Below, one piece after another: positions 22,512-32,973 of a stretch of DNA of 64,000 bases. The stretch's first letter is position 1; every line of letters begins with the position of its first letter. Below the pieces are notes generated by a model, which was not told the DNA's origin, ran no database searches, and saw only the letters and a program-made list of their open reading frames with translations. Made by a program: the position numbers and the translations under genes. This DNA comes from an uncultured Planctomycetota bacterium (GTDB lineage: Bacteria; Planctomycetota; Planctomycetia; Isosphaerales; Isosphaeraceae), in assembly GCA_963845755.1 (NCBI GenBank), contig CAWJTV010000042.1:320001-384000 (forward strand), written 5' to 3'.

Positions 22512-23195
22512 ATGATGGCCAAGCGACTGATCGACCTGTCGCATCCGATCGAGGCCGCCACGCCCCCGTGGCCGGGGAACCCCTCGACCGATGTGGACAT
22601 TCTCTCCAAGATACCTGCCAAACGTGGACCCGGTCAGCGCGGAGTTCCAGGAGAGCCGGGTTATTGCAACATCTCGGCGTTCTCCACCTGCAATCACACC
22701 GGTACGCACATGGACGCTCCGGCCCACTTTTACAACGGCGCACCGACCATCGACCAGGTGCCACTAGACCATTGCATTGGTCCCGCCGCGCTGGTCAACG
22801 TGAGCCATCTCGGGGTGCGCGGTGAGATCGCGCCGGCCGACTTGATACCCCACCAAGACGCGATCGCGGCGGCCGGCAAGGTCGTCTTCCGCTCCGGGTG
22901 GTCGATCCATTGGGGCCAGGACGATTACTTCTCGGACTACCCGCTGTTGAGTGAGGCGACGGCCGCCTGGCTGGTTGAACGACGAGTTCACCTGGTCGGC
23001 GTCGATACTCCGTCGGTCGATTATGAGCCGCACCCCGCGCACTACCTGTTGCTCGGAGCTCACATGGTGATCGTCGAGAACTTGACCAGCCTGGAGTTGA
23101 TCGAGACCGGCGTCTTCGAGCTGATCGTCGTCCCCCTGAAACTTCGGGGGCTGGAGGCCTCGGTAGTGCGCGCGGTGGCGCGGGTGGACGCCTGA
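22512..23195 (+). CDS. cyclase family protein (kynurenine formamidase-like)
   Basis: IDLSHPI, HTGTHMDAPAHF, VGVDTPSVD, IVENL. Confidence 0.9.
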   Translation: MMAKRLIDLSHPIEAATPPWPGNPSTDVDILSKIPAKRGPGQRGVPGEPGYCNISAFSTCNHTGTHMDAPAHFYNGAPTIDQVPLDHCIGPAALVNVSHLGVRGEIAPADLIPHQDAIAAAGKVVFRSGWSIHWGQDDYFSDYPLLSEATAAWLVERRVHLVGVDTPSVDYEPHPAHYLLLGAHMVIVENLTSLELIETGVFELIVVPLKLRGLEASVVRAVARVDA

Positions 23196-23214
23196 GTTCG
23201 GCGAAACGGCTCCG

Positions 23215-24333
23215 TCATCGTCCGCGCGTGTTCTGGACGTCGAACAGCACGGCGGCAACCAGCGCAGTACCGCGCACGATCAGCTTCCACTCGGGTGTGA
23301 TCGCCAGCAGGGTCATGCCGTTGAGGAGCGTGGCCATGACGGCCGCGCCAAACATCGTGCCCAGCACGGAGCCACGTCCTCCCTTGAGGCTCGTGCCGCC
23401 GATCACGCAAGCGGCGATGGCATCGAGCTCCATCAACTCTCCGACGCTCACGGTCGCGGCCCCGGCGTACGAGGTCTGAAGGAACCCGGTCAGGGCCACG
23501 ACCAGTCCCATCAGGGCGTACGTTACAGTGACCGTCCGTTCCACCGGGATGCCCGCCATCCGCGCGGCCTCTTCGTTGCCACCGATCGCGAACAAGGACC
23601 GGCCAAAGGGGGTCTGCGTCGCGAGCAACTGGGTCGCCAACGCGACGACACAAAGAATCAGGAACACCACCGGTACGCCCCGATAACGATTGCAGACCAG
23701 GACCGCCAGGAGCACGGCCTGAGCGGCCACGAACACCTTGAGGAACGCGAGTTCGGTCGTTTCGACCTCGAGCCCGGCCGCGCGCCGGCGGCTCCGGCGT
23801 TTGTACATCCAGCCCGCGGTCAACAAGGCGAAAGCCGCCGCTAACGCCAGTCCCCACCACCCTGGCAGATACGAGGAGGCCAGCGCGGCGTACAGGTTCG
23901 GCTCACCGCCGCGCGTCACCGGCACCGTGCTGCTGCGGATCGTCAGCCAGAACCAACCGCGGAAGACAAGCAATCCGCCGAGCGTCACGATGAAGGCCGG
24001 GATCCCCGTGCGCACGATTAACAGCCCCATCGCCGTCCAGACCAGCATCGCCACCAATGAGGAGATCCCCAACGCCGCCGGCGCGGGCCAACCGGCGCGG
24101 AAGACCAGCACGGCGGCCACGCCGCCGATCAACCCCGCGCCCGAACCCGCCGAGAGATCGATCTGCCCGGGCAGGATCACCAGCAGCATCCCCAACGCCA
24201 GGACCGCCGTGACCGCCAGTTCGATCAGGAGCATCGATACGTTGCGCGGGGTCAGGAATTCCGGCGAGGCCGCCGCGAACCCGGTCGTCAGCGCGGCCAG
24301 TACCAGTGGCATTGTCAGTTCGCGAAGTCGCAA
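23215..24333 (-). CDS. monosaccharide ABC transporter permease (XylH-like)
   Basis: QIDLSAGS, IPAFIVTLGG, FAIGGNEEAA, ELDAIAACVIGGTSLKGGRG. Confidence 0.9.
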   Translation of the reverse strand: MRLRELTMPLVLAALTTGFAAASPEFLTPRNVSMLLIELAVTAVLALGMLLVILPGQIDLSAGSGAGLIGGVAAVLVFRAGWPAPAALGISSLVAMLVWTAMGLLIVRTGIPAFIVTLGGLLVFRGWFWLTIRSSTVPVTRGGEPNLYAALASSYLPGWWGLALAAAFALLTAGWMYKRRSRRRAAGLEVETTELAFLKVFVAAQAVLLAVLVCNRYRGVPVVFLILCVVALATQLLATQTPFGRSLFAIGGNEEAARMAGIPVERTVTVTYALMGLVVALTGFLQTSYAGAATVSVGELMELDAIAACVIGGTSLKGGRGSVLGTMFGAAVMATLLNGMTLLAITPEWKLIVRGTALVAAVLFDVQNTRGR

Positions 24334-24545
24334 TGCCGTCCGTGCTCCTCGCTAAAATCCCCGGTTCCCGATACCGGATGATTTCCAGCTCATCTGGAAT
24401 TAGGGATGAAAAGCAATTGCCAAGAACGGATAATCAAATGGCCGCACGCACGAATGGGCGGGGTCATGCCGTTATCACCACCTTCCCGGCTTCTCCGGGC
24501 CTGAGAGTGACCGTCAGCTTTTCCATCTTCGCGAGAACAACCTCA

Positions 24546-27500
24546 ATGGCAAGAGCCGACGTTGACACGAACCTGCTCCTCGGCATCCTGGCGCGTACAG
24601 GTCGGCCTGATCGAACAAGCTGACCTGCTCGATGCCTTTCAGCGTTGGTCCAGGAACAAGACTCGCCCACTGGCCCAGGTCCTCGTCGAGCGGGGTGCGC
24701 TCACGGTGGAGGACCGCATCATGCTGGATGGCCTGGTGGTGCGTCATCTCGAGAAGCACAGCGGCGACATCGAGCGCAGTCTGGCCGCGGTCGCCGCGCC
24801 GCCGGCACTCGTGACTGGTCTGAGGCGCTGGGGGATCCCGAGATCCAGGCCACGTTGGCCCAGATCCCGTCGCTCATCAACGGCCGTTCTCCCATCCACG
24901 ACGCGGTCGACACCGCGACCGCGTTTGATCTCCTCGCTGACTCGACGACGGACTGGTCCTCGGGGTTGGGGCAATCGACTTCCGACGGTGGTCGATTCCA
25001 CCCTCTCAGGCCGCACGCCAGGGGCGGCATCGGCCTGGTAAGCGTGGCGCTGGACAGCGAGCTCCATCGCGAGGTTGCGCTCAAGGAGATCCTCGCAGAG
25101 CAGGCCGACAACCCCACGAGCCGCACGCGCTTCCTGCTGGAGGCCGAGGTCACGGGGCGACTGGAGCATCCGGGCGTGGTCCCGGTATATGGCCTGGGTA
25201 CCAACGGTCAGGGCCGCCCGTTCTATGCCATGCGGTTCATCCGCGGTGAGAGCCTCAAGGAAGCCATCGCAGTTTTCCACGAGTCCAAGGCCCCGCGCGG
25301 CGAGCAGGCCCTGGCGCTGCGCCAACTTCTCTCACGGTTCGTCGGCGTCTGCAACACGATGGCATACGCCCACAGCCGGGGGGTCCTCCATCGCGATCTC
25401 AAACCGTCGAACATCATGCTGGGCCCCTACGGCGAAACCCTGGTCGTCGATTGGGGCCTGGCCAAGCTTGTGGGCCGCGACGATCCCTACCGCGAGCCGT
25501 CGGCAGAAACGACGCTCCGGCCGGGGAGTAGCTCGGGCTCCAGTGAGACCGAGGCGGGCACGATCATCGGTACGCCGGCCTACATGAGCCCGGAGCAGGC
25601 CGAGGGCCGCCTGGAGTCGCTCGGACCGCTCAGCGATGTCTACAGCCTCGGTGCCACTCTCTACTGCCTCTTGACCGGCCGGCCACCCTTCGAAGAACCC
25701 GAGATCTTCGCGATGCTCCGGCAGGTGCAGAGGGGCGACTTCCGACCGCCTCGGCAGGTTGAGCACCAGGTGCCGCGGGCCCTGGAGTCCGTTGTACTCA
25801 AGGCCATGGCGCTTGACTCGAAGGACCGGTACGACTCGGCCAGGGAACTGGCCCGGGAGGTCGAGAGATGGTTGGCGGACGAGCCGGTTTCGCGCCTATC
25901 CCGAGCCGCCGGCCGACCGCGTGGTCCGCTGGGCCAGGAATCACAAGCCGGTGGTGGCCGCCTTGGCGGTCCTGATTTTTTCGGCGATGGCTGCCCTGGC
26001 GGTCAACGACACCATGATCCGGAAGGAGAAGAATCGTACCGAAATGCAGCGCCGCCTGGCCGTGGATAACTTCCAGAAGGCCGATCAGCAGCGCCGGCTT
26101 GCCCAGCGTTTGTCAGGGACCCTCACGATCGACAGGGGACTGTCCCTCTGCGAGCGCGGCGAGGTCAACCGCGGGCTGCTTTGGTTGGCACATGCCATGG
26201 AAGTGGCGTCTTCCGGCGATTCCGACATCCAGGACGCGGCCCGGGCGAGCCTCGCCGCCTGGAGTCGACAGCTCACATCCCTCAAGGCCGTTCTCCGCCA
26301 CCCCAAAGAGATGGTCGTCGGCGCGACGTTCCGACCGGGAGCCAGCTCCATCCTGACGATCAGCAAGGAGTCCGGAAAGCCGATCTTCGACCTGATGCTG
26401 TGGGACCTTAACTCGGGAAAGCCCCTGGGCCCTCCCCGGCAGTTCGGCGATCCCCTTGGCTGGATTCGCGATGGGAATGGGAGTCCCCGGCTGGTACATG
26501 TATCTCTATCGCGACCCGCTCCGGGATTGGATCAGCCCCGACGGTACGACGATCCTCGTCGGGGACAGCGAGACGACGGTCCGACTGCGAGACATCACGA
26601 CGGGCCAACCCGTCGGAGAGCCGATCCCGTACGGGGAGCGGCTCCTCTGCGCGGCATACAGCCCGGACGGCACGCGGACTATCATCGGCGGCCAGGATCG
26701 GACGGCGCGTGTCTTCGATGTGGCCTCGGGAGCACCGGCCGGCGCCCCGCTGCCTCATCAAGGCTGGGTCACCGACGTGGCTTACAGCCCTGATGGCCAG
26801 ACCATCCTGACCGGCAGCCGAGACGGAACGGCCCAACTCTGGGAGGCCGCCACAGGCCGACCGATCCTCCCGCCGTTGAGGCACCAGAAGGATGTCATGC
26901 GCGTGGCATACAATCCCGACGGGAAAACGGTCCTGACCGGCAGCTTCGACAACACGGCGCGGATCTGGGACGCCACGACAGGCAAGCCCATCGGCCGCCC
27001 TCTGGCGCACCGCGACGTCATCCTCTCGCTCGCGTTCAGCCCCGACGGTCGGACGGTGCTAACTGGCAGCCGGGACGGAACGGCCCGGCTCTGGAACGCC
27101 GCCACCGGCGACCCGATCGGCGGCCTGTTGCAGCATCAGAGCTTCGTCGTCTTCGTCTCGTTCAGCCCGGATGGTCGAGTGGCCCTGACTTGCGGCGACG
27201 ACAACGGCGCCCGGCTCTGGGACGCTTCGACCGGCCTTGAGTTGGGCAGCCCTTTGGAACACCTCGGAACGGTCTACGACGCGACCTTCCGTCCGGATGG
27301 AGCCTTGCTCGTCACCGCCGCGTCCGACTTCGAGGCCCAGGTCTGGGATACCGCCACGAGCCTCTCCTCCGGCACATCCTTCCTGGAAGCAAGCCCGGTG
27401 AACAAGGTGGCCTTCAGCCCGGACGGCCGGACGATCGTCGTCGGTTGTACCGACGGAACGGCCCGGCTTCGCGATGTCGTGACGGGCCGCTCGATCGGGG

Positions 27501-28403
27501 AGCCGATGCGGCATGGTAGCTCGGTGGACACGGTCGCTATTAGCCCCGGGGGTCACACAGTATTGTCCGGTAGTTTGGACAAATCGGTGCGGCTCTGGGA
27601 TGTCCTCACCGGCAAACCCGTCGGCGGACCGATGCGACACTCTGCACCCGTCAGGTCCGCCGCGTTCAGCCCGGACGGCCGGACCATTATCACCGGCGAT
27701 TACGATGGCAGGGTGCGATTCTGGGACACCGCCACGGGTCAGCCCATCGGCCCGACACTCTCTCACACCAAGGGCGATCGCATCGAGACCGTCGCCTACA
27801 GCCCGGATGGCCGGATCGTCATCACGGGGAGCGACGATACCACCGGACGGCTCTGGGACGCCGCCACCGGCCAACCCATCGGCGAACCGCTCAAACATCA
27901 GGGTTCATTCCGAAGCGCCAGCTTCCGGCACGACGGCAAGATCGTCGCGACCGGAGGGTGGGACAAAGCGGTCCGTTTCTGGGACACGGCCACTGGCAAG
28001 CCGGCCGCTCCACCGCTGATGCTCCAGAGTCTCATCTCGGCCGTTGCGTTCAGTCCTGACGACAAATCCCTGCTCGTAGGCTGCTCGGACCAGACGGCAC
28101 GGATCTGGGACCCGGCCACCGGCAAGCCCATCAGCCCCGCCTTCAAACACAGGGGCCGGGTCCCTTCCGTCGCCTTTCGCTTTGACGGACTGCGCCGCAC
28201 TGACGGGCTCCGACGATGGGACAGCACGAATCTGGACCATCACCACCCCCGTGAAAGGGACCGTCGAACGGCTCAAGTGCTGGGCCGAGGTGCTGACGCG
28301 GATGGAGCTCTCGTCGGACGGCGTCGTCCGGGTCCTGAGCGCCCAGGAGTGGGAAGCCCGCAACCAGCGGCTCAGGGAATTGGGCGGACCACCCGCGGCC
28401 TGA
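24546..28403 (+). CDS. Hanks-type Ser/Thr protein kinase with TM helix and WD40 repeats (about 5 frameshifts)
   Basis: ARGGIG, VALKE, HRDLKPSNIM, VDWGLAK, GTPAYMSPEQ; many FSPDG...TGSxDxTARLWD repeats; fragments in successive frames. Confidence 0.85.
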
Positions 28404-28515
28404 GCGGCCGTGAGATGATCGAGTCAAGCTCCAGTTATTGAATAAAAAATTATAATAATATTTTCAGTATCTGAAATCTTCCACCCGATTCATTCACGAA
28501 CCTTGCGAATCCGCG

Positions 28516-30059
28516 CTAGCCGTGCCCGAGGGCCGCGGCCAGCACGACCTCCGGGTCGAATCGCTCGCGGGGCAGCTCGGCCGCGATCCGCCCCGCGCGG
28601 AGCACGATCAAGCGGTCACTCAGGCCAAGGAGCTCGGGCAGCTCGCTGGTTGCCAGCAGCACCCCCCTGCCCTGCTCCGTGAGGCGGTTGATCAGGTCGT
28701 AGATCTCAAGCTTGGTCGAGACGTTGACGCCCCGGGTCGGCTCATCCATGAGGATGACGCGCGGCTCGGTCAACAAGGCCCGACCGAGGAGCACTTTCTG
28801 CTGGTTGCCGCCGGAGAGGCCGCGGATCGGCAGCTCCGGTCCCGCGGCCCGGACGCGCAGGGATTCCGAAGTCTCGCGGAAGAGCCGTACTTCCTCGGCC
28901 GCGTCGAGCAGTCCGTGTCGAGTCAACCGCTTCAAGGCCGACAAGGTCAGGTTGAAGGCGACCGGCTGGTCTGGGATGAGGCCGAACCGGCGGCGGTCCT
29001 CGCTCACCAGGGCTAGCCCGCGGAGGAGTGATGTCGGCGGCGTAGGGTTATCGTAAGTCTCGCCCAGGAGGCGGACCGAGCCGGCGGTCCGGACGCCCCA
29101 CGCGCCATAACAATGCATGAGTAGCTCAGATCGCCCCGCGCCCATCAGCCCGGCGAGTCCGACCACCTCCCCCGCGCGGACATGGAAGTCGATTCCGGCC
29201 AGCCGTGATGGTTGGCCGCGCCCCGGGGCGACGTCGAGTCCCGAGACTTCCAGGAGCACCGGACCGGTCAGTTCGCGCGGCGGCGAAACGCCGGGGAGCG
29301 GCCTCGGCCGCGGGCCGGCCGGCCATCGCGCCGATCAACTCGCTCGCCGCGACGCCGCCGGTCGAGAACCATGCGACGCTCCGTCCGTCGCGAAGCACAG
29401 TCACCCGATCGGCGACGGCCCGCACCTCCTCCAGTCGGTGCGTGATGTAGACGCAGGCGACCCCATCGCGGGCGAGCCGTCGCACCAGGTCGAGCAGGCG
29501 CCTCGCCTCGGTTTCTCCCAGGGCCGCGGTCGGCTCGTCGAGGATCAGCACCCGCGAGCTCTTGCGAACCGCCTTGAGGATCTCGACCTGCTGCTTCCGC
29601 CCGACGCCGAGCATCCCGGCCGGTTGCTCCGGGTCGAGGTCCACACCAAACCGTCGTAGAAGCGCGACGGACTCGCGTAACACGCGCGGCCAGTTCAACC
29701 CGCACCCCGCGCCGCGGCAGGTCCCCCAGAAACAGGTTCTCGGCAATCGAGAGGCCCTCGATGAGCGCGAGTTCTTGATGGATCACGGCGATGCCTGCGT
29801 GCGCGGAATTGCGCGGGGAGTGGAACCGCGCCACTCGGCCATCCACCCGGATCGTCCCGCGGTAGCTGCCGAACGGGTGAACCCCGGAGAGTATCTTGAT
29901 CAGCGTGGACTTGCCCGCCCCGTTCTCGCCGCACAGGGCATGGACCTCGCCGTCGCGGATGTCGAAGTCGACGTTGTTGAGCGCGATGACTCCGCCGAAC
30001 TGCTTGCCGATCCCGCGCGCCTCGAGCCGGGATGAATCGGCTGCAGGCCGATCGCTCAT
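28516..30059 (-). CDS. monosaccharide ABC transporter ATPase (XylG-like; 2 frameshifts)
   Basis: GENGAGKST, LILDEPT, LSGGNQQK, MDEPTRG; two ABC domains. Confidence 0.88.
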
Positions 30060-31099
30060 CGTAGATCCTCCGCACGGTGAAAGCCGTCGCGGACGACGGT
30101 GGCCTCGAGGTTGTCGCGGTTGACGACGACCACCGACTCGAGGATGCTGGGCACCTCCTTTACTCCGTTGGGCACTCCGTCACGGGCAATCACGGGCCGG
30201 TGACGGGCCAGCGCGACAGACACCTCCGCCGCGCGTTCGGCGAGCCGGACCAGGGGCTTGTACACGGACATCGTCTGCGACCCGCGCACGATCCGCTGGC
30301 AGGCGGCGAGGTCGGCGTCCTGACCGGTCACCAGGACCTTGCCCGCAAGCCCCTCTTCCAGAAGTGCCTGGATCGCCCCTCCCGCCGTACCGTCATTCGT
30401 AGCCAGTACCGCGTCGAAGGTGGCGCCTCGCGACGTGATTGCCGCATTGACGATCCGCTTGGCCTCGGCCGGCTTCCAGCCGGCGGCGTAGTCCTCGTGG
30501 ACGACGATGATCTCCCGGCGGGCGATGAATGGTCCGAGCACTTCGTCCTGACCCTGCTTGAACAGCAGGCCCGTCTGGTCGGTCTTCGGACCGTAAACGC
30601 GAACGATTTTCCCCTTCCCGTCGAGCCGCCGGACCAGGTATTCCGCCTGGAGCCGGCCGACGCGCACGTTGTCGAAACTGAGATAAAGATCCACGTCGCA
30701 GCCGGTGATCAGCCGGTCGTAACAGACGACGGGCACTCCTGCCGCGTGAGCGGCGTTGACGGCCCGGCCCATCGCGGTCGGGTCGTGAGCCACCACGACC
30801 AGCACCTGGATCCCGCGGCTCAACAGCGACTCGATGTCCTGCATCTGCCGGGCCGTCTCGCTGTTGCCCGACTGCACGAACACCTCGGCCCCCAGCTCTT
30901 TAGACCGGGCAATGAACCGATCTCGATCGCGCTGCCAGCGCTCTTCCTGGAGGGTCCCCAGCGACAATCCGATACGCGGAATGCTGCCTTCCCGCCTGAG
31001 CCGAGCACCATCTCTTCCCCGTTCGGCGATCGTGATGCCGATCAGTACGCTGAGCAGCAGGGAGACCACGACCAGGCCGGTACGGAGTGACATGGACAT
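30056..31099 (-). CDS. sugar ABC substrate-binding protein (XylF-like)
   Basis: LQEERWQRDR, YDRLI, SFDNVRVG, NDGTAGGAIQAL, VTGQDAD, QTMSVYKP. Confidence 0.9.
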   Translation of the reverse strand: MSMSLRTGLVVVSLLLSVLIGITIAERGRDGARLRREGSIPRIGLSLGTLQEERWQRDRDRFIARSKELGAEVFVQSGNSETARQMQDIESLLSRGIQVLVVVAHDPTAMGRAVNAAHAAGVPVVCYDRLITGCDVDLYLSFDNVRVGRLQAEYLVRRLDGKGKIVRVYGPKTDQTGLLFKQGQDEVLGPFIARREIIVVHEDYAAGWKPAEAKRIVNAAITSRGATFDAVLATNDGTAGGAIQALLEEGLAGKVLVTGQDADLAACQRIVRGSQTMSVYKPLVRLAERAAEVSVALARHRPVIARDGVPNGVKEVPSILESVVVVNRDNLEATVVRDGFHRAEDLR

Positions 31100-31105
31100 T
31101 CCATT

Positions 31106-31512
31106 TCAAACGGCCCGGTTCTCGACCGACAGTCCTGGGCCGGCGGGCAGGTCGGTGTGGTCGGTGATAACTGTGCAGTTCCCGAGCGCCGGTTCAATGG
31201 CCGCCACCATGGTATTGATCTGCTGCATGGGGCGCCCGATTCGCCCAAGGTGGGCCGCGATTCGTCCGTACTCCTCGGAAGCCTGCGATCCCACGGCCGG
31301 CGGCGCACCCGGCTCAGGCCGCGCACAAGCCTTGGTCGGTTGACGTCGCGAGCTGCGCCGAACACCACACCAAAGAACAATTCGGCGAGCCATGGCAGAC
31401 AGGTTCCGATGACGGCACCTGGAATCCCGGCGTCACGGATTCACACATCCATGCCTCTGCGGACGTCGATCAGGTCCTCCATCGCGTTCGCGTCGAGGAG
31501 GTATCGGGTCAA
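31106..31512 (-). pseudogene. decayed PIN/VapC toxin gene
   Basis: TTG start MTRYLLDANAM...; in-frame TGA at ~31441; LAELFFG; frameshift; EEYGRIAAHL..IGRPMQQINTMVAAI. No adjacent antitoxin. Confidence 0.7.
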
Positions 31513-31526
31513 TCGCCTAACCGGAC

Positions 31527-32719
31527 TTATTGGAATGTCCCGACCGCCCGGATCAGCGCCGCCGACTGCCTCATCGGTGGCGGTCTCGGAGTCCTTCCCG
31601 CCCTCATTGGTCGCGACGATGAAGGCGAGGTTCCGGGCCGGGGCCAGCCAGACTGTGGCAAACCAGAGGGTATTGCTTCCGCTGTGGTTGAGCGCGCGGC
31701 CACCCGCCCAGGTGCGCTGGACGGCGATCCAGCCGCCCGCGTAATCCAGTCCGGGAGGCGGAGTCTGGACGCGCCTTGAAAGTGGAGAGCTTCAACAGCC
31801 TCGCCTGACCGCGCGCGCCCGCTAGGTGAAGCGCGGCGAACTTGCCCCAATCCGGTATCGAGCAATGCACGGTGACGGCCGGCCCCATCACCGGTGGATT
31901 GTCCTGTTGCACGGGTCGGACCTGTCCGCCCGAAACGCGATGGCCCCAGGGTTGGCTGACGGTCCCTGGCCGGCCTGGGATGCCGAACCCCGCGCTGGTC
32001 ATCCCGAGTGGCGTGAAGAGCCGGCGCCTCATCAGGGTCTCCCACGGCTGGCCGGCGACCTGTTCGGCCATCAGGCCGGCCAGGACATAGCCGACGTTCG
32101 AATACACGTAGGTCGAACCGGGCCGGTTTTCCGGCGGCTTGATGAGCAGCGTGGTCAGGAGCGAAGACCGTTGCTCGGTCGTCGTCTGGCCGCGGAGTTC
32201 CCACCACGGCACGTCCTTAGGCAGGCCCGCCCGGTGGGTCAGGAGCTGGGACAGGGTCACTTCCTGAAACTGGGGATCGAGCCGCGGGGCGATGTATCGG
32301 AACACATCCCCGATCGTCGAGTTCCAGGACAACTTCCCTTCGTTGACCAGCATGCCGATGATCGTGGCCGTCATCGCCTTGGTACACGAGCCGATATGAA
32401 CCTGGTCCGTGACCTTGATCGGCTGCGCGGAGCCAATCTTGCGGATGCCGACGGCCCCGATCGCTGTGAGCCGATTCCCCATGAAGATCGCACCGATCAG
32501 GCCCGGCAGATGGTGGTCATCGCGAACCGGGTCGAGTAACTGTTCGATGCGTACGTCCGACTCGACCGCGACCGGGTCGGCCGTGTCCTTTTTCTGAGTG
32601 GACTTCTTGCTCTTCGATTTCGACTTCGACTTCGCTGGCGATTGTGCCCAGGCCCCGCTATAACTTCCGGCCAACCCCTGAATCGTCACAGTCTGGAGGA
32701 GCGTGCGTCGGGTGAACAT
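31527..32719 (-). CDS. Tat-exported serine hydrolase (beta-lactamase-related; frameshifts ~31772, ~31560)
   Basis: MFTRRTLL twin-arginine leader; GSCTK, LLTHRAG, YSN; shifted frame gives HSGSNTLW. Confidence 0.82.
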
Positions 32720-32973
32720 TGATGGGTTCCTGGCGCCGGCAGCAAGAGATCCGCGCCGGACGCCGTTGAACGCTGCATGCTGGAATGGCAGCCCACAAGG
32801 GCTTATCCCCCAAGATTACCCTATCCCCGAGGCGCCTGCAACTTTTCACGAACCGGATGCATCCACAAGAATTCGTTGACCGTCCGGACAAGCTGGCTGG
32901 CGTCGAGGCGACCCGACGGAGGCCTGCTCCATACACACACAATTGGTGAAACACTCTGGGAGTCCCTCTCTCA

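Noticed and set aside
23215..31099. Assigning gene symbols xylF/xylG/xylH
   Set aside because: Family similarity is clear, but the substrate is unproven and no xylA/xylB is nearby.
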